A DNA stretch of 64,000 nt from the NCBI GenBank assembly GCA_000004985.1, contig GG738902.1; one strand, 5' to 3'. Position numbers and translations under genes: made by a program. Positions 1 to 10,672 of the stretch are shown here, piece after piece. The notes under the pieces were generated by a model. The model ran no database searches, was not told where the DNA came from, and saw nothing but the letters and a program-made list of their open reading frames with translations. Every line of letters begins with the position of its first letter. Position 1 is the stretch's first letter. Origin of the DNA: Naegleria gruberi (lineage: Eukaryota).

Positions 1-1
1 G

Positions 2-768
2 GAAGGTAAATTTGGAAAGGAAAGAGTTGCTGTATTGAATATGGCTAATCCAAATACACCTGGAGGTGGATACAAGGGAGGATGTGGGTAAGTTTCTTTC
101 AATATTATTTAATCCAAAAATTCATATTGAAACTATATTACAGAGCTCAAGAAGAAAATTTACACAGAAGATCAAACTTGTATCAATGCTTGGACAATTA
201 TGTAGACAAGATTGACAAGACTAGAACATGGAATTATCCAATAGGATATGAAAGTGGAGTCTATAGTCCAGATGTTACATTCTTCAGAGGATGTGAAGCT
301 AAGGGTTATCCACTCCTTTCTGCTCCAAGATTAGTCGATGTCATTACCACTGCTGCAGTTCCAAACTCTCTCAATCATGGTGATGGAGAAATTGATGAGA
401 GAAATATTGGCAGTATTGAGGCCATTTTAAAGATTGCAGTTCAACACGGAGTTAGAAATGTGGTCTTGTCGGCTCTTGGTTGTGGAGCTTTCAGAAACTC
501 TCCAACAGCAATTGCTAAAGTTTTCAAGGAAAAGATTGAAGGTCCACAATTCAAAGGCCACTTTGATAGACTCTACTTTGCAATCATTGAAGATCACAAC
601 TCAAAGAAGGGACATAATCCTGATGGAAATATCAAACCCTTTGTCCAAGTTTTCAATGATTATTTGAAGGATAGAACCGATGTAACAGAACTCACTGACT
701 CACAATTCAATTATGATTATGATAATATGAATGATGTATATCAGCAATACTATGAAGAAAGTAGGTGA
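2..768 (+). CDS. Macro-domain protein of the TIGR02452/DUF2263 (microbial-type PARG-like) family; 5' end cut by the window; exons <2..87 and 144..768
   Basis: Frame 2 of 2..87 reads EGKFGKERVAVLNMANPNTPGGGYKGGCG. GTAAGT follows at 88 and ATTACAG ends at 143, giving a 56-nt intron. Splicing yields GG-AQEENLHRRSNLY, the N-P-x-x-PGGG ... AQEE-L-R-S-LY family signature. LSALGCGAFRN lies downstream and the stop is at 766-768. Confidence 0.8.
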
Positions 769-1086
769 GAGTATTATCAAATTGTATAATAAATAATCAA
801 TATTAAATCCAATAACTATTAAATAATTGTACTCTCGCTTTCCGATAGCCAAATAAATATTTAATTCACCATATGGTGAGAATGACCGATTTCTTATAAT
901 TGTGTTGGCAGTCCTGAGCCCGAGGACACAAGCAGCAAATTAATTTTTTAAGCTTAACGAAATAGCACCTCCTCAATAAACTTAAAACTTCTCACACCGC
1001 CAAGTGCGCTCTGATTCGGACACCTCAAACACCAATGCTTAATTTCTCATTTTGCATTATGATAACAGAGAAAACAAGATAAAAAA

Positions 1087-2268
1087 ATGGAACAATCGGA
1101 AGTGACCATTGCATACTTTAATAATGGCCTTGATGTGCTGAGTATGTTGAGTAGGTGGCAAGTACCAAGCTCGGAATCTGTCATGATTTTCATGTCAAGT
1201 GTTTTGTTTTGCATTGTGGCGACATTGGTTCTTCCTGGAAAGATGGTTCAGGGAGTTCCATTGAAGGATGGATCGAGGATTACATACAAGATTAATGGAT
1301 TATCGGTTGTGTTGCTTGGAACTTTATTTTATGGATTGTTGTGCTATTTCAATTTCCAAATTGGGAATGAGCTTATTTATTCATTGGTTTGTAAGAGTTT
1401 TGGACAATTGCTGGTTACAAGTTTGGTGTTTAGTTTTCTATTGACCAGTTTCTTAAATTTGAGATGTGTCCTTCAACCAGAGAGAAGTAATTACGTTTAT
1501 CCTAAATGGAATATTATCATGAATTTTTGGTGTGGTGTTGAATTGAATCCACACATTTTTGGATTTGAAATTAAGCAATTTTCGTATAGACCTGCATTCT
1601 TAATGATTGGAATTTTGAATTTAAGTTTTGCTTTCGAACAGTTTCGTCTCTATCAAACACTTTCTCAAAATTTCATAACTTTCCAAATCATTAGTTTCCT
1701 CTACTTGATTGATTGTTTCGTATTTGAAGAAGGACTCATTTTCATGTTTGATATTATTGAGGAAAACTTTGGATTCATGTTAGTTTTTGGTGATTACATG
1801 TGGACTCCATTTATTTTCACACTTCAAAATTTATATTTGATTAATGACTTTAATGTTAATCATTTCCAAACAGTTGCCAATATTTTGATATTCATTGTTG
1901 GTTATATCATCTTTAGAGGAGCCAATAATCAAAAAATTACCTTCCGTCAAGATCCAAAACAAGTTTGGCTTGGACTAATCGAACCTAAAGTATTGGAAAC
2001 TTCTCGTGATAGAAAGCTGCTCATTTCTGGATTCTGGGGAATGGCCAGAAAGATTAATTATTTAGGAGATATCCTAGTGGCCATCTCTCAAAGTTTCCCA
2101 TGTCTTCAATGTGGCCATGTCCTTCCATGGATGTATCCAATTTATTTAACACCACTTTTACTTCACAGAGCCATGAGAGATAATGAAAGATGTAAGGAAA
2201 AGTATGGAAAGTTTTGGGATGAATATTGTTCAAAGGTTAGGTGGGTTATGATTCCTGGAATTTATTAG
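1087..2268 (+). CDS. Sterol reductase of the ERG4/ERG24 family (C-14 / C-24(28) / delta-7 type), polytopic membrane protein
   Basis: 393-codon ORF whose ATG follows an A7 run. It has many hydrophobic segments. The C-terminal signature reads GFWGMARKINYLGDIL ... LLLHRAMRDNERCKEKYGKFWDEYCSKVRWVMIPGIY. Confidence 0.85.
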   Translation: MEQSEVTIAYFNNGLDVLSMLSRWQVPSSESVMIFMSSVLFCIVATLVLPGKMVQGVPLKDGSRITYKINGLSVVLLGTLFYGLLCYFNFQIGNELIYSLVCKSFGQLLVTSLVFSFLLTSFLNLRCVLQPERSNYVYPKWNIIMNFWCGVELNPHIFGFEIKQFSYRPAFLMIGILNLSFAFEQFRLYQTLSQNFITFQIISFLYLIDCFVFEEGLIFMFDIIEENFGFMLVFGDYMWTPFIFTLQNLYLINDFNVNHFQTVANILIFIVGYIIFRGANNQKITFRQDPKQVWLGLIEPKVLETSRDRKLLISGFWGMARKINYLGDILVAISQSFPCLQCGHVLPWMYPIYLTPLLLHRAMRDNERCKEKYGKFWDEYCSKVRWVMIPGIY

Positions 2269-2449
2269 AAATTTTTCGTAGAGATTAGAATAAACTTTCG
2301 AATTTTATGAAATTTAAAGTTTTTGAAAAGAATAATTTCAATGGCTTAATCATGATGTTTCTGATAAATAACTGAATGTAATATTTGTAGATGAAAACAT
2401 AGTCAAATGACGTCAACTGTCATCGATTAATAAAAATCAAATAAAAAAA

Positions 2450-3205
2450 ATGTCATCAGAGTTAATCGTGCCACCAACACCAAGAGGTGCAGCCTCTACA
2501 TCAGAAACAGCTCCAATCACTGAAATTGTAGCATTAAAAATTTCATACGAAATTCCAGAACAAATTTTATCCGAAAATGAACTTGATCAATCACACATTA
2601 GAATAACTTATTGTTTTCCTTCGGATACTTTAGTACAACAAGTTAAAAAACAATTTATTTCTCACTTGTTGGCTAAAGGAGTTGTTAATTTGGAAGTTTC
2701 TAATAAGAATGATGTAGATTCGAATACATTGGATCAGTTTCGTTTACTTGTTACAGGTGGAAAGGAATTATTAGTCGATAAAAAATCACTTCAAGAAAAT
2801 AGAATTGAAAATAATGGCAAACCACTTTCTGTCAATTTAATCAAAATTTCTAATAATCCATCCGAAACTGATGACGAAAATGTTGTAAACCTTTCAGATT
2901 ACGTCGAACGTGAAACTATCAAAATCAAAAAGAAACATGTCGAAGTCAAGCTCAGAATCCAAGAAAAAGTTGGTGATCAAGTTTTAACATGTGACATTTC
3001 CTGTAAAAACAATAAGAAATTTGGAGTCATTTCAAAAATGTATTGTCAACACAGAAATTATAATGCTGAAGATTTTGTGTTTGCAACAAGTGTTAATCAC
3101 GTCTTGTTGAAGAATGAAAAATCACTTTCAAGTATGGGAATGGTTGAGCAAGGAACTGTTTATGTTATTAATGTTTATCATAAGGATTTGGTTAGTTTTA
3201 AATAA
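2450..3205 (+). CDS. Hypothetical protein, possibly with two ubiquitin-like folds
   Basis: 251-codon ORF whose ATG follows an A8 run. Segments such as FRLLVTGGKELLVDKKSLQENRIENNGKPLSVNLI loosely resemble ubiquitin-like domains. No firm motif was found. Confidence 0.5.
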   Translation: MSSELIVPPTPRGAASTSETAPITEIVALKISYEIPEQILSENELDQSHIRITYCFPSDTLVQQVKKQFISHLLAKGVVNLEVSNKNDVDSNTLDQFRLLVTGGKELLVDKKSLQENRIENNGKPLSVNLIKISNNPSETDDENVVNLSDYVERETIKIKKKHVEVKLRIQEKVGDQVLTCDISCKNNKKFGVISKMYCQHRNYNAEDFVFATSVNHVLLKNEKSLSSMGMVEQGTVYVINVYHKDLVSFK

Positions 3206-3270
3206 AGGAATTTTATGGAAATAAATCTATTGGAAAATTGAATTTTAACTCAAAATAGGAATGATGCAGA

Positions 3271-3278
3271 AAAAAAAA
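3271..3278 (-). terminator. Pol III terminator (T8) 6 nt downstream of tRNA-Ala
   Basis: The minus strand after the discriminator base reads CTTACC followed by TTTTTTTT. Confidence 0.6.
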
Positions 3279-3284
3279 GGTAAG

Positions 3285-3357
3285 TGGAGATGCGGGGTAT
3301 CGATCCCCGTACCTCTTCCATGCTAAAGAAGCGCTCTACCATGTGAGCTACATCCCC
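3285..3357 (-). tRNA. tRNA-Ala(AGC): tRNA-Ala, anticodon AGC, 73 nt
   Basis: The reverse complement is GGGGATGTAGCTCACATGGTAGAGCGCTTCTTTAGCATGGAAGAGGTACGGGGATCGATACCCCGCATCTCCA. It folds as a cloverleaf with 7-bp acceptor, GCTC/GAGC D stem, CTTCT/GGAAG anticodon stem, loop TTAGCAT and CGGGG/CCCCG T stem. It carries the G3:U70 alanine identity pair. Confidence 0.92.
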
Positions 3358-3632
3358 TTACATTCTTTTCGAAAACAAGTCTTAATACAACGTTGAAGAA
3401 CGATTTTTACCAGCTGGCAAGATCAAGAAATTCAAGTGTTATTTCAACAAATTATTAATAATTGAACTTAGCACATAATATTAATTTTCTCTCGGAACAT
3501 ACCTCAATTTCCGAAGTCAGACACCACTCAAAAAAAAAATGCACATCGGAATTTCACTCCCTTACTTAAATCTCACTCTTCTTTTCCGATGCCAATCAAT
3601 GAAAAAAACAAGAAAACATCAATATCTTCCAG

Positions 3633-4145
3633 ATGGCCAAAAACAAGACTGCCAAATCTCAAACTCCTCAAGTGAAACCTCAAATCCAAAAGATTGAAAA
3701 ACAACATCAACAAATCAATAATGATTTGAATAAGCAATTGAAGAAGGAAAATTCCGAAAAGAAGAAGCAACATCAAACTTCCTCAGATGCTGCTTTAAAG
3801 AATCAAGAGAGCAAGCAAGTGTCTTCAACAGGTTCATCTCCAGAAAATATTAAGACAGAAGTTACTCCTTCCAATAATCAGGCAACATCAGATTTGTCTC
3901 CTTCTTCCGAGAGCAAATCAAATGATAAGAGGGAGAAAACAATGGAAAGAATTAGAAAGGTGGTAAAACAATTGAAGGAAGATCAAAAGAAGGAAGAAAA
4001 GAAATCAAAAGTTTTGAAAACTCCACTTATTGAAGAAATTAACGAATCGGAGGAGAAGGAATGTCAATCTTCTGAATCATCTTCAGAGAAGAAAGAAGAA
4101 AACGAACGAAATGACGCAGAAGCAAGTACTGTTGAATGTAAATAA
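3633..4145 (+). CDS. Hypothetical K/E/S-rich low-complexity protein
   Basis: 170-codon ORF with an ATG start and charged low-complexity composition. No recognisable domain. Confidence 0.5.
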   Translation: MAKNKTAKSQTPQVKPQIQKIEKQHQQINNDLNKQLKKENSEKKKQHQTSSDAALKNQESKQVSSTGSSPENIKTEVTPSNNQATSDLSPSSESKSNDKREKTMERIRKVVKQLKEDQKKEEKKSKVLKTPLIEEINESEEKECQSSESSSEKKEENERNDAEASTVECK

Positions 4146-4183
4146 ATATTGAAAAGTTTAGTTTTGGTTTATTGGTGATCAAT

Positions 4184-5521
4184 TTACAGAATAGAGGTAG
4201 TGATTGGTTTGGAAAGATAGGATGACTTCCTTCGGGTAGGAAGTGTTTTGGAAGCTACAGAATTGAGAAGATTATCATTTTCTTGTTGTAGTTTGAGGAT
4301 TGTCTCTTCACGATCTAATCTCATCTTGTCAGCTTCATTAATGTGTGAAAATAGTTCAGAAATAGTTCGTTCTTGTTTTTTGGCAACTGTTTGAAGGTTG
4401 ATACTATTAGATTGTTCTCTCTTGACTTGTTCCTGAAGTTGCTTGATTTTCTGTTCAAGTTGTTGAATGGTATCTCGTTGTTGCTTTATCATTTCATCCT
4501 CTTCTTGTAGTCTCTTTCTATTCTTGTAAGGGGGCAGCCATTTATCGTGTTCAACCTTGAGCATTTCTTGTAAGAGTTTGTGATGCAGTGATGCAATAGA
4601 ATTTTTGGACTCATCTTCCAAAGATTTATCCACACTTTCAATTTCAGTTTCTCGACTTCCAACAATTTTCACTCTCGATTCACTCAAGAGATTGGCAAGC
4701 TTTTCCTTATCGAGACTGTTTTGAGTCTTTCCATCTTTTTCATGGAGCATGGTATTGAATGAAATGACGAGCCTGGATAAGGTTTGAGCTCTATCATGCC
4801 ATCGTTCTGCCCAATCATCAGAAATTTCCTTCTGTTGAGCCAACTCGTGGTTTCTATTCAAAAGAGTGGCATTCTGGGATTCAATTTGTGCTAAACGAGT
4901 TCTCAGCATTTCATTCTCTGTGTGAACATCTTTTGAAATGTCCTTTTGTGCACACAGATTTGCGTGAAGATAATTATTCGTCCTCACTGAATCCACAACT
5001 ATATGTTCATATTGTTTTTTACATTCTTTCTTTGTTTTGTTCAATTTTCCCTTCAAATGATCAATTTTCTGATCCCTCTTAGCTAAACTCAAATGTACAG
5101 AGAGTGGATCCATATCCAAGCATGCCCTTTCATATCTATCCTTCGTCGTTTCATCCAATGAATAATTACTATCAGAGTCTAACGAAGCAATGGAAGACAA
5201 GGAATTTGATCTTTTCAATCTTCCACCATCTCCACTTCCTCTCCTTAAATTACTAGATGATGATGATGAAAATGATGGCAACAAGTGCCTATAATAATAA
5301 TAAGGCATGTAAGGATAATAACGATTCGGAATGGAAAAGGCATCATCAACAGAACCGTGCCAAAGTACTGAAGAGGACGGAGCTGATGGATAATGATCAT
5401 AGGGATCTGCTCCTGCTGGCCAAACACTTGATGAATAGGGTCCTCCCCAACGATGATAATTGACCATTTTTTTTAAATCCTTTTTATTTACGATTTTTTT
5501 ATTACCAACACTTGACTTCAT
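4184..5521 (-). CDS. Coiled-coil protein, function unknown
   Basis: The long minus-strand ORF has heptad-like Q/E/K/L-rich sequence over the C-terminal ~300 residues. The ORF-track start at 5551 is TTG. The first ATG is at 5521 (MKSSVGNKK). A second ATG at 5467 follows an A8 run and is an equally plausible start. Confidence 0.55.
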   Translation of the reverse strand: MKSSVGNKKIVNKKDLKKMVNYHRWGGPYSSSVWPAGADPYDHYPSAPSSSVLWHGSVDDAFSIPNRYYPYMPYYYYRHLLPSFSSSSSSNLRRGSGDGGRLKRSNSLSSIASLDSDSNYSLDETTKDRYERACLDMDPLSVHLSLAKRDQKIDHLKGKLNKTKKECKKQYEHIVVDSVRTNNYLHANLCAQKDISKDVHTENEMLRTRLAQIESQNATLLNRNHELAQQKEISDDWAERWHDRAQTLSRLVISFNTMLHEKDGKTQNSLDKEKLANLLSESRVKIVGSRETEIESVDKSLEDESKNSIASLHHKLLQEMLKVEHDKWLPPYKNRKRLQEEDEMIKQQRDTIQQLEQKIKQLQEQVKREQSNSINLQTVAKKQERTISELFSHINEADKMRLDREETILKLQQENDNLLNSVASKTLPTRRKSSYLSKPITTSIL

Positions 5522-5895
5522 TTTCTGTAATGAATAACAAGCAGCAACCAACGCAAGGATGCAAATTCAGTCATTGCTCTTGTTGCTATTCGCATCAATA
5601 TTTACCACTATTTGCCGTGCCGTTATTAAATTGGCTCAAACAAATACTTGAACCAACAAGGCAAATCTTATTACCATGAACCTCAAATCAAGCAACAAGA
5701 TAACACCTCAACAATTTCATTAATACATAACACCAATTCGGCACTTGCTAGCCTTTTATTTTCACTTGTCTTGTTGTCACTTGGAAGGATAAATTGTGGC
5801 ATAAGTTCTTTTAGAGTAATTAGTCAATTAAATTTCAATTGAACTCTTTAGTCTAAGCCCTTGCAATTAATTGATATCAAAAAAAATCTGCAAAG

Positions 5896-8800
5896 ATGCC
5901 ACTACACCAAACTTTCATCTACACTGGGAAGCTACAACCAGACGAAACTAAACATACAACATTTCCAACAACAAGAACAATATCGCGGAATAGTCGAATT
6001 TCTTTCTCTTCATCAACTATAACCACAAATTTAATTATTTCAATTCTACTGCTAGCATTTATCACCTCTCTCATACAATCTCTATATTATCAGATAGTGT
6101 ATTCATCCAACAATGACAACAAACTTTATAGTCACACATTCTTTGTGAATGCTGCCACTACATGCTATGGTGTTGACAGCACGGATCCTAGTGTTTGCTC
6201 GGGTAATGGAAATTGTACCAGTAAGAATAATTGTGAGTGCAATGATGGATTTAGTGGAAACAAATGTCAAACAGAGACGGTGAAATGTTATGGTGTAGTA
6301 GATACTGATCCTACAGTATGTTCAGGTCATGGAAATTGCTCTAGTAAGAATAATTGTCTGTGTGATTCAGGGTACAGTGGTAACAAGTGTCAAACCTTTG
6401 ATGGTACTAGTTCGATATCGTGTTATGGAATCGATTCGACAGATAGTTCAGTTTGTAATTACAATGGTAATTGCACAGCAACGAATAATTGCGTTTGTAA
6501 TCAAGGATATAGTGGAAATCAGTGCCAAACATTGGATAGCTCTTTTAAATGTTATGGAGTTGACTCTACTGACGTTTCTGTTTGTAATGGAAATGGAAAT
6601 TGTACATCAACTAATAATTGTGTCTGCAAATCTGGTTACACTGGGAATCAATGTCAAAATGAAGATAGTTCATTTAAATGCTACGGGGTTGACTCGACAG
6701 ATATCTCTGTTTGTAGCGGAAATGGAAATTGTACAAGCTCAAACAATTGCGAATGCAAATCTGGTTATACTGGTAATCAATGTCAATCAATTGATAGCTC
6801 TTTCAAGTGTTATGGTGTTGATTCGATAGATATCTCTGTTTGCAATGGAAATGGTAATTGCACTAGTTCAAATAATTGTGTTTGTAAATCTGGTTACAGT
6901 GGAAATCAATGTCAAACCTATGATGGCGGTAATAGTGGTTCATTTAAATGCTATGGAGTTGATTCTAGTGATATCTCTGTTTGTAGTGGAAACGGTAACT
7001 GTACTTCTGCTAATAATTGTGAATGTAAGGCAGGTTATAGCGGCAATCAATGCCAAACCTTCTCTACCTCTTTTAAGTGTTATGGTGTTGATTCGACAGA
7101 TAGTTCAGTTTGTAATGGAAATGGCAATTGCACCTCCTCTAATAATTGCGAATGTAAATCTGGATACACAGGAAACCAATGTCAATCAATTGATAGCTCG
7201 TTCAAGTGTTATGGTGTTGATTCGATGGATGTCTCTGTTTGCAATGGAAATGGTAATTGCACTAGTTCAAACAACTGTGTTTGTAAATCTGGTTACAGTG
7301 GGAATCAATGTCAAAACAATGATGGCAGTAGCACCATTAAATGTTATGGTATTGATTCGACTGACCCATCAGTTTGCTCAGGTCATGGTATCTGTTCCTC
7401 AACCAACGACTGCCAATGTGAAAATGGTTACAGTGGAAATAAGTGTCAAACCTTTGCAAACGAAACATCTACTTTCAAATGTTATGGTGTAGATTCTTCG
7501 GATCCTACTGTTTGCTCTGGTAATGGAAACTGTACATCCACCAACAATTGCCAATGCCAATCAGGATTCAGTGGAAATAAGTGTCAAACTACAGTTAATT
7601 ATTGCTTTGGTTATGATGAAAATGATAACAATGTTTGTGGTGGTCCAGATCGAGGAAAATGTACATCTAACGATGTTTGTGAATGTAAGGGAAGCTACGT
7701 TGGTTACGATTGTGGTGCTTTTGTTTCAGACAAATCACTCATCAAAATAACCTCAAAATATTCAAAGATTCTAAGCACCAATACTGACATTAATTTCATA
7801 ACAATTAGTATTCCAAAGCTCACTAACAGCTACAAGGGAATTGAGAATAGACTCAAGAGTACTTTGGTGATTTTCAGCAGTAATGTTACTATTGATTATT
7901 CCACTACTGGAATGATTGAACAGTTTCAATTGTATAAGAACATGACACTTGGCGTCTACTCTCTCAATTTAACCATTGTTGATACTACTTATAACATTCA
8001 AGTTGCTGCTACTGTTGAGAGCTCAATATTTTCTATACTGACTCTTGAACAAACTACTCAAAGTGTGGATACCTTGACAGCAAAAGAAATTGCACAAGTT
8101 ACAAAGCAATTGAACCAAATTACAAACCAACAACAATTTATTTCTACTGTGGTTTCTACTTTGAAAGAGAATGTTAATAATTACACAATTGATGATGGTT
8201 TAGATTTGACTTCGTCACTATTAGATATTTCCAATGTCAAGTTGGATACTAAATCTAAACTGGGAATATCTGAAACCCTAAAATCATATGCTCAAAATAT
8301 GATCGAAAAGTTTGACAATTTCACAACAGAACAAGTCAAACCAGTTGCAATTAACATCGTTTCTGTTGCCTCAAATATTTTAAATCAATCTATATTTACT
8401 GAACCATCATCTAAATTTGTGGTTATCGGTAATTCTATTCAATCCGTTGAAAAGACACTTTCCCTTGTTACGATTGTTAATCCAACAGAAAATTTATCAA
8501 TTGAAACTTCGATGATTAAGGTTCTTCTCATTTCAAAATCAGAATACAAGAATTTACATACTATAGATAAGGATTATACTCTTAATCTTCCAGAATTGGG
8601 GTTTGAATATTCGTTTGGTTTGGTAAAATATGAAAATTACTTGACAGAAGATTTGCAAAACACAAGTTCAATTTCTGACATTTTGCAAGTGAGACCAATG
8701 TTGAATGGTGTTTTTAGCCCTCTCAGACATTTATCCACTCCATTCAATTTGACTTTCTCTATCAAACATTTCGGTGCGCCACCAAGTAATGAAACAGTTG

Positions 8801-10590
8801 CAACTGTGGTTTGCAAATATTGGAACGAAACAACTAATGAATGGTTGAGTGATGGATGTAGCACCACAATCCTTTCGGCTGATCAAGTCTTGTGCTCATG
8901 CTATCACACAACAAAGTTTTCCTCCTTTGTGGATTATTCTAAAGTGAATTTCAGTACCAGAACTATTCAGACATCACTAGCCGTTGCCAACATCATTTTC
9001 AGTTCCTTATTTATTGCTGCAATTCTAGTTATCCTTGTGTTGTTGGTAATTTTCAGAAAATCCCAACCTGTAAAATCAAGATTTATTACTCCCTACTTTG
9101 CATTAACTGCCCTATTGATTGATAATTTGGTTTCTGGTATTATTGCCAAAGGACTTTTACTTGGAAATTACTCATTCAATGTAGTTATCATGACAAGTGT
9201 CTGTGCAGTAATTTCAAGTGCACTATTGGCAAGTGCAGTCTGGTGCTATTTTGTCATGTCCATTCGTTTCATCATCCACAGATACTTTTACGAATACATG
9301 ATGAGAGTGGTTGAGAACAGACAACAAAAGAATGCCGTTTTGGTTAAGATTTTGAACATTTTCAAACAGGATAAGCTTCTCATCTTGTCTAGTTTGATGA
9401 TTGGTTTTGGTTTTGTCTTGTACTTTACCATTTTTATCATTTTGAAGGGAGTGGATGCTTTCTCTGATTCTCAATTCACTTACTCAACAACCATTTCATT
9501 GTTTATTATTTTACTTTTCATGACGGCGATGGTAATTGCTATTTACATTTTAGACTTTTATTTGGACTTTACAAACAAACAATTAAGAGATGAATTAGTT
9601 GACATATCTGATGAAATAATGTTATTAGAAAGTGGAGATTCAAGCTTGAACAATCTCAATTCTAGAAAATCCCTTAAAATTACAAAACCTTTCGTTGATT
9701 TGTTGGAACAATCCCATATTAAGAAGTTTTTCAATTTATTCTACTCAAATGACAAGTTAATGTTCAGACCTGAGGCCATTTTCTTCATGTTAGGTATTTC
9801 ATTCTTTACCATTTCTTACTGCTTGGGATTTGCCAGTGTCCATGACCGTTACGTATCAAATCCAACTTCTACACAAATTCAAACAGTCGACATTCTCGAT
9901 GCAGTTGCATTCCTTTTTGAAGTCTTGATGACCGTTTGTTTGATTACTAGCTTTGGAGGTTTCTCTGTTGGTTGGGCCATTTTCACTGAAACCAGAAAGA
10001 GAAGTTGCTTCAAGGAATCCAGACAAGCTTCTGTCAATGCTGAGAGAATCAAATCTCAAAGACTTGAAAGCTACGAGGATCTTACCAACAGGTTTGATGT
10101 TTACAAGCTCATGAAGAACAAGTACTTGTTAAGACTCTTCCAACAATATGCCAAGTTGGAAATGTCACTAGAAAATTATATTGTTTGGATGCGAATTGAA
10201 CATGCCAGATCTAAATTTGCCAAATTGTGGGTTGATATGGATGGAGAAGCAGCATCTATCGAGGAATGGAATTCACTCTTGGAGGAATTACTTGGATGGC
10301 TAAAGGATCACTTGGATCCAGATGCAGAACTCGCTCTCAATGTCAGCCACCACTCTGTTAAACAATTCATTGCTGCTGTGCATATGCTAGAAAGCAAAAT
10401 TGACACCATTTCAACTAAGAACAGAGATTCCCTATTCAATTTGAAAGAAATGGTTAGACAAGCCATTGATTCATTAATCATCGATGTTCTCTACAATTTA
10501 ACAGACACCTATTCAAGATTTATCATCACGGATGAATACAAAGCTCTCAAAGAAGTAGAATCTGTTACCGAAATGAATACTTTCAAATAA
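5896..10590 (+). CDS. Adhesion-GPCR-like receptor: signal anchor, 12 EGF-like repeats, GPS motif, 7 TM helices, C-terminal RGS domain
   Basis: 1564-codon ORF. It has 12 repeats of CYGVDSTDxSVCSGNGNCTSxNNCxCxSGYxGNxCQ. The GPS motif CKYWNETTNEWLSDGCSTTILSADQVLCSCYHTTKFSSF (about 8812-8931) lies about 25 residues before TM1. Seven hydrophobic helices span about 8977-9985. The RGS-like region FDVYKLMKNKYLLRLFQQYAKLEMSLENYIVWMRIEHARSKF ... YSRFIITDEYKAL spans about 10093-10550. Confidence 0.85.
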   Translation: MPLHQTFIYTGKLQPDETKHTTFPTTRTISRNSRISFSSSTITTNLIISILLLAFITSLIQSLYYQIVYSSNNDNKLYSHTFFVNAATTCYGVDSTDPSVCSGNGNCTSKNNCECNDGFSGNKCQTETVKCYGVVDTDPTVCSGHGNCSSKNNCLCDSGYSGNKCQTFDGTSSISCYGIDSTDSSVCNYNGNCTATNNCVCNQGYSGNQCQTLDSSFKCYGVDSTDVSVCNGNGNCTSTNNCVCKSGYTGNQCQNEDSSFKCYGVDSTDISVCSGNGNCTSSNNCECKSGYTGNQCQSIDSSFKCYGVDSIDISVCNGNGNCTSSNNCVCKSGYSGNQCQTYDGGNSGSFKCYGVDSSDISVCSGNGNCTSANNCECKAGYSGNQCQTFSTSFKCYGVDSTDSSVCNGNGNCTSSNNCECKSGYTGNQCQSIDSSFKCYGVDSMDVSVCNGNGNCTSSNNCVCKSGYSGNQCQNNDGSSTIKCYGIDSTDPSVCSGHGICSSTNDCQCENGYSGNKCQTFANETSTFKCYGVDSSDPTVCSGNGNCTSTNNCQCQSGFSGNKCQTTVNYCFGYDENDNNVCGGPDRGKCTSNDVCECKGSYVGYDCGAFVSDKSLIKITSKYSKILSTNTDINFITISIPKLTNSYKGIENRLKSTLVIFSSNVTIDYSTTGMIEQFQLYKNMTLGVYSLNLTIVDTTYNIQVAATVESSIFSILTLEQTTQSVDTLTAKEIAQVTKQLNQITNQQQFISTVVSTLKENVNNYTIDDGLDLTSSLLDISNVKLDTKSKLGISETLKSYAQNMIEKFDNFTTEQVKPVAINIVSVASNILNQSIFTEPSSKFVVIGNSIQSVEKTLSLVTIVNPTENLSIETSMIKVLLISKSEYKNLHTIDKDYTLNLPELGFEYSFGLVKYENYLTEDLQNTSSISDILQVRPMLNGVFSPLRHLSTPFNLTFSIKHFGAPPSNETVATVVCKYWNETTNEWLSDGCSTTILSADQVLCSCYHTTKFSSFVDYSKVNFSTRTIQTSLAVANIIFSSLFIAAILVILVLLVIFRKSQPVKSRFITPYFALTALLIDNLVSGIIAKGLLLGNYSFNVVIMTSVCAVISSALLASAVWCYFVMSIRFIIHRYFYEYMMRVVENRQQKNAVLVKILNIFKQDKLLILSSLMIGFGFVLYFTIFIILKGVDAFSDSQFTYSTTISLFIILLFMTAMVIAIYILDFYLDFTNKQLRDELVDISDEIMLLESGDSSLNNLNSRKSLKITKPFVDLLEQSHIKKFFNLFYSNDKLMFRPEAIFFMLGISFFTISYCLGFASVHDRYVSNPTSTQIQTVDILDAVAFLFEVLMTVCLITSFGGFSVGWAIFTETRKRSCFKESRQASVNAERIKSQRLESYEDLTNRFDVYKLMKNKYLLRLFQQYAKLEMSLENYIVWMRIEHARSKFAKLWVDMDGEAASIEEWNSLLEELLGWLKDHLDPDAELALNVSHHSVKQFIAAVHMLESKIDTISTKNRDSLFNLKEMVRQAIDSLIIDVLYNLTDTYSRFIITDEYKALKEVESVTEMNTFK
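6163..7713 (+). repeat. Tandem coding repeat (EGF-like units of about 117-135 nt, 12 copies) with a higher-order 399-nt duplication
   Basis: The period is visible at nucleotide level. The block starting TGTCAATCAATTGATAGCTC at 6781 recurs at 7180, nearly identical for about 150 nt. Confidence 0.85.
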
Positions 10591-10672
10591 AATTTATTCA
10601 GGAAGCACGTATGATTAAGGCAAAGTTTTATTTAAATCCACGTATACTTTACTTCTTTATAAAATGAGATAA

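Noticed and set aside
6329-7750. ORF-track entries 6329..6829, 6845..7492 and 7523..7750 within the EGF-repeat region
   Set aside because: They are off-frame readings of the same strand as the 1564-codon ORF. They stay open only because the repeat lacks stops in that frame. They give hydrophobic low-complexity sequence with no Cys pattern.
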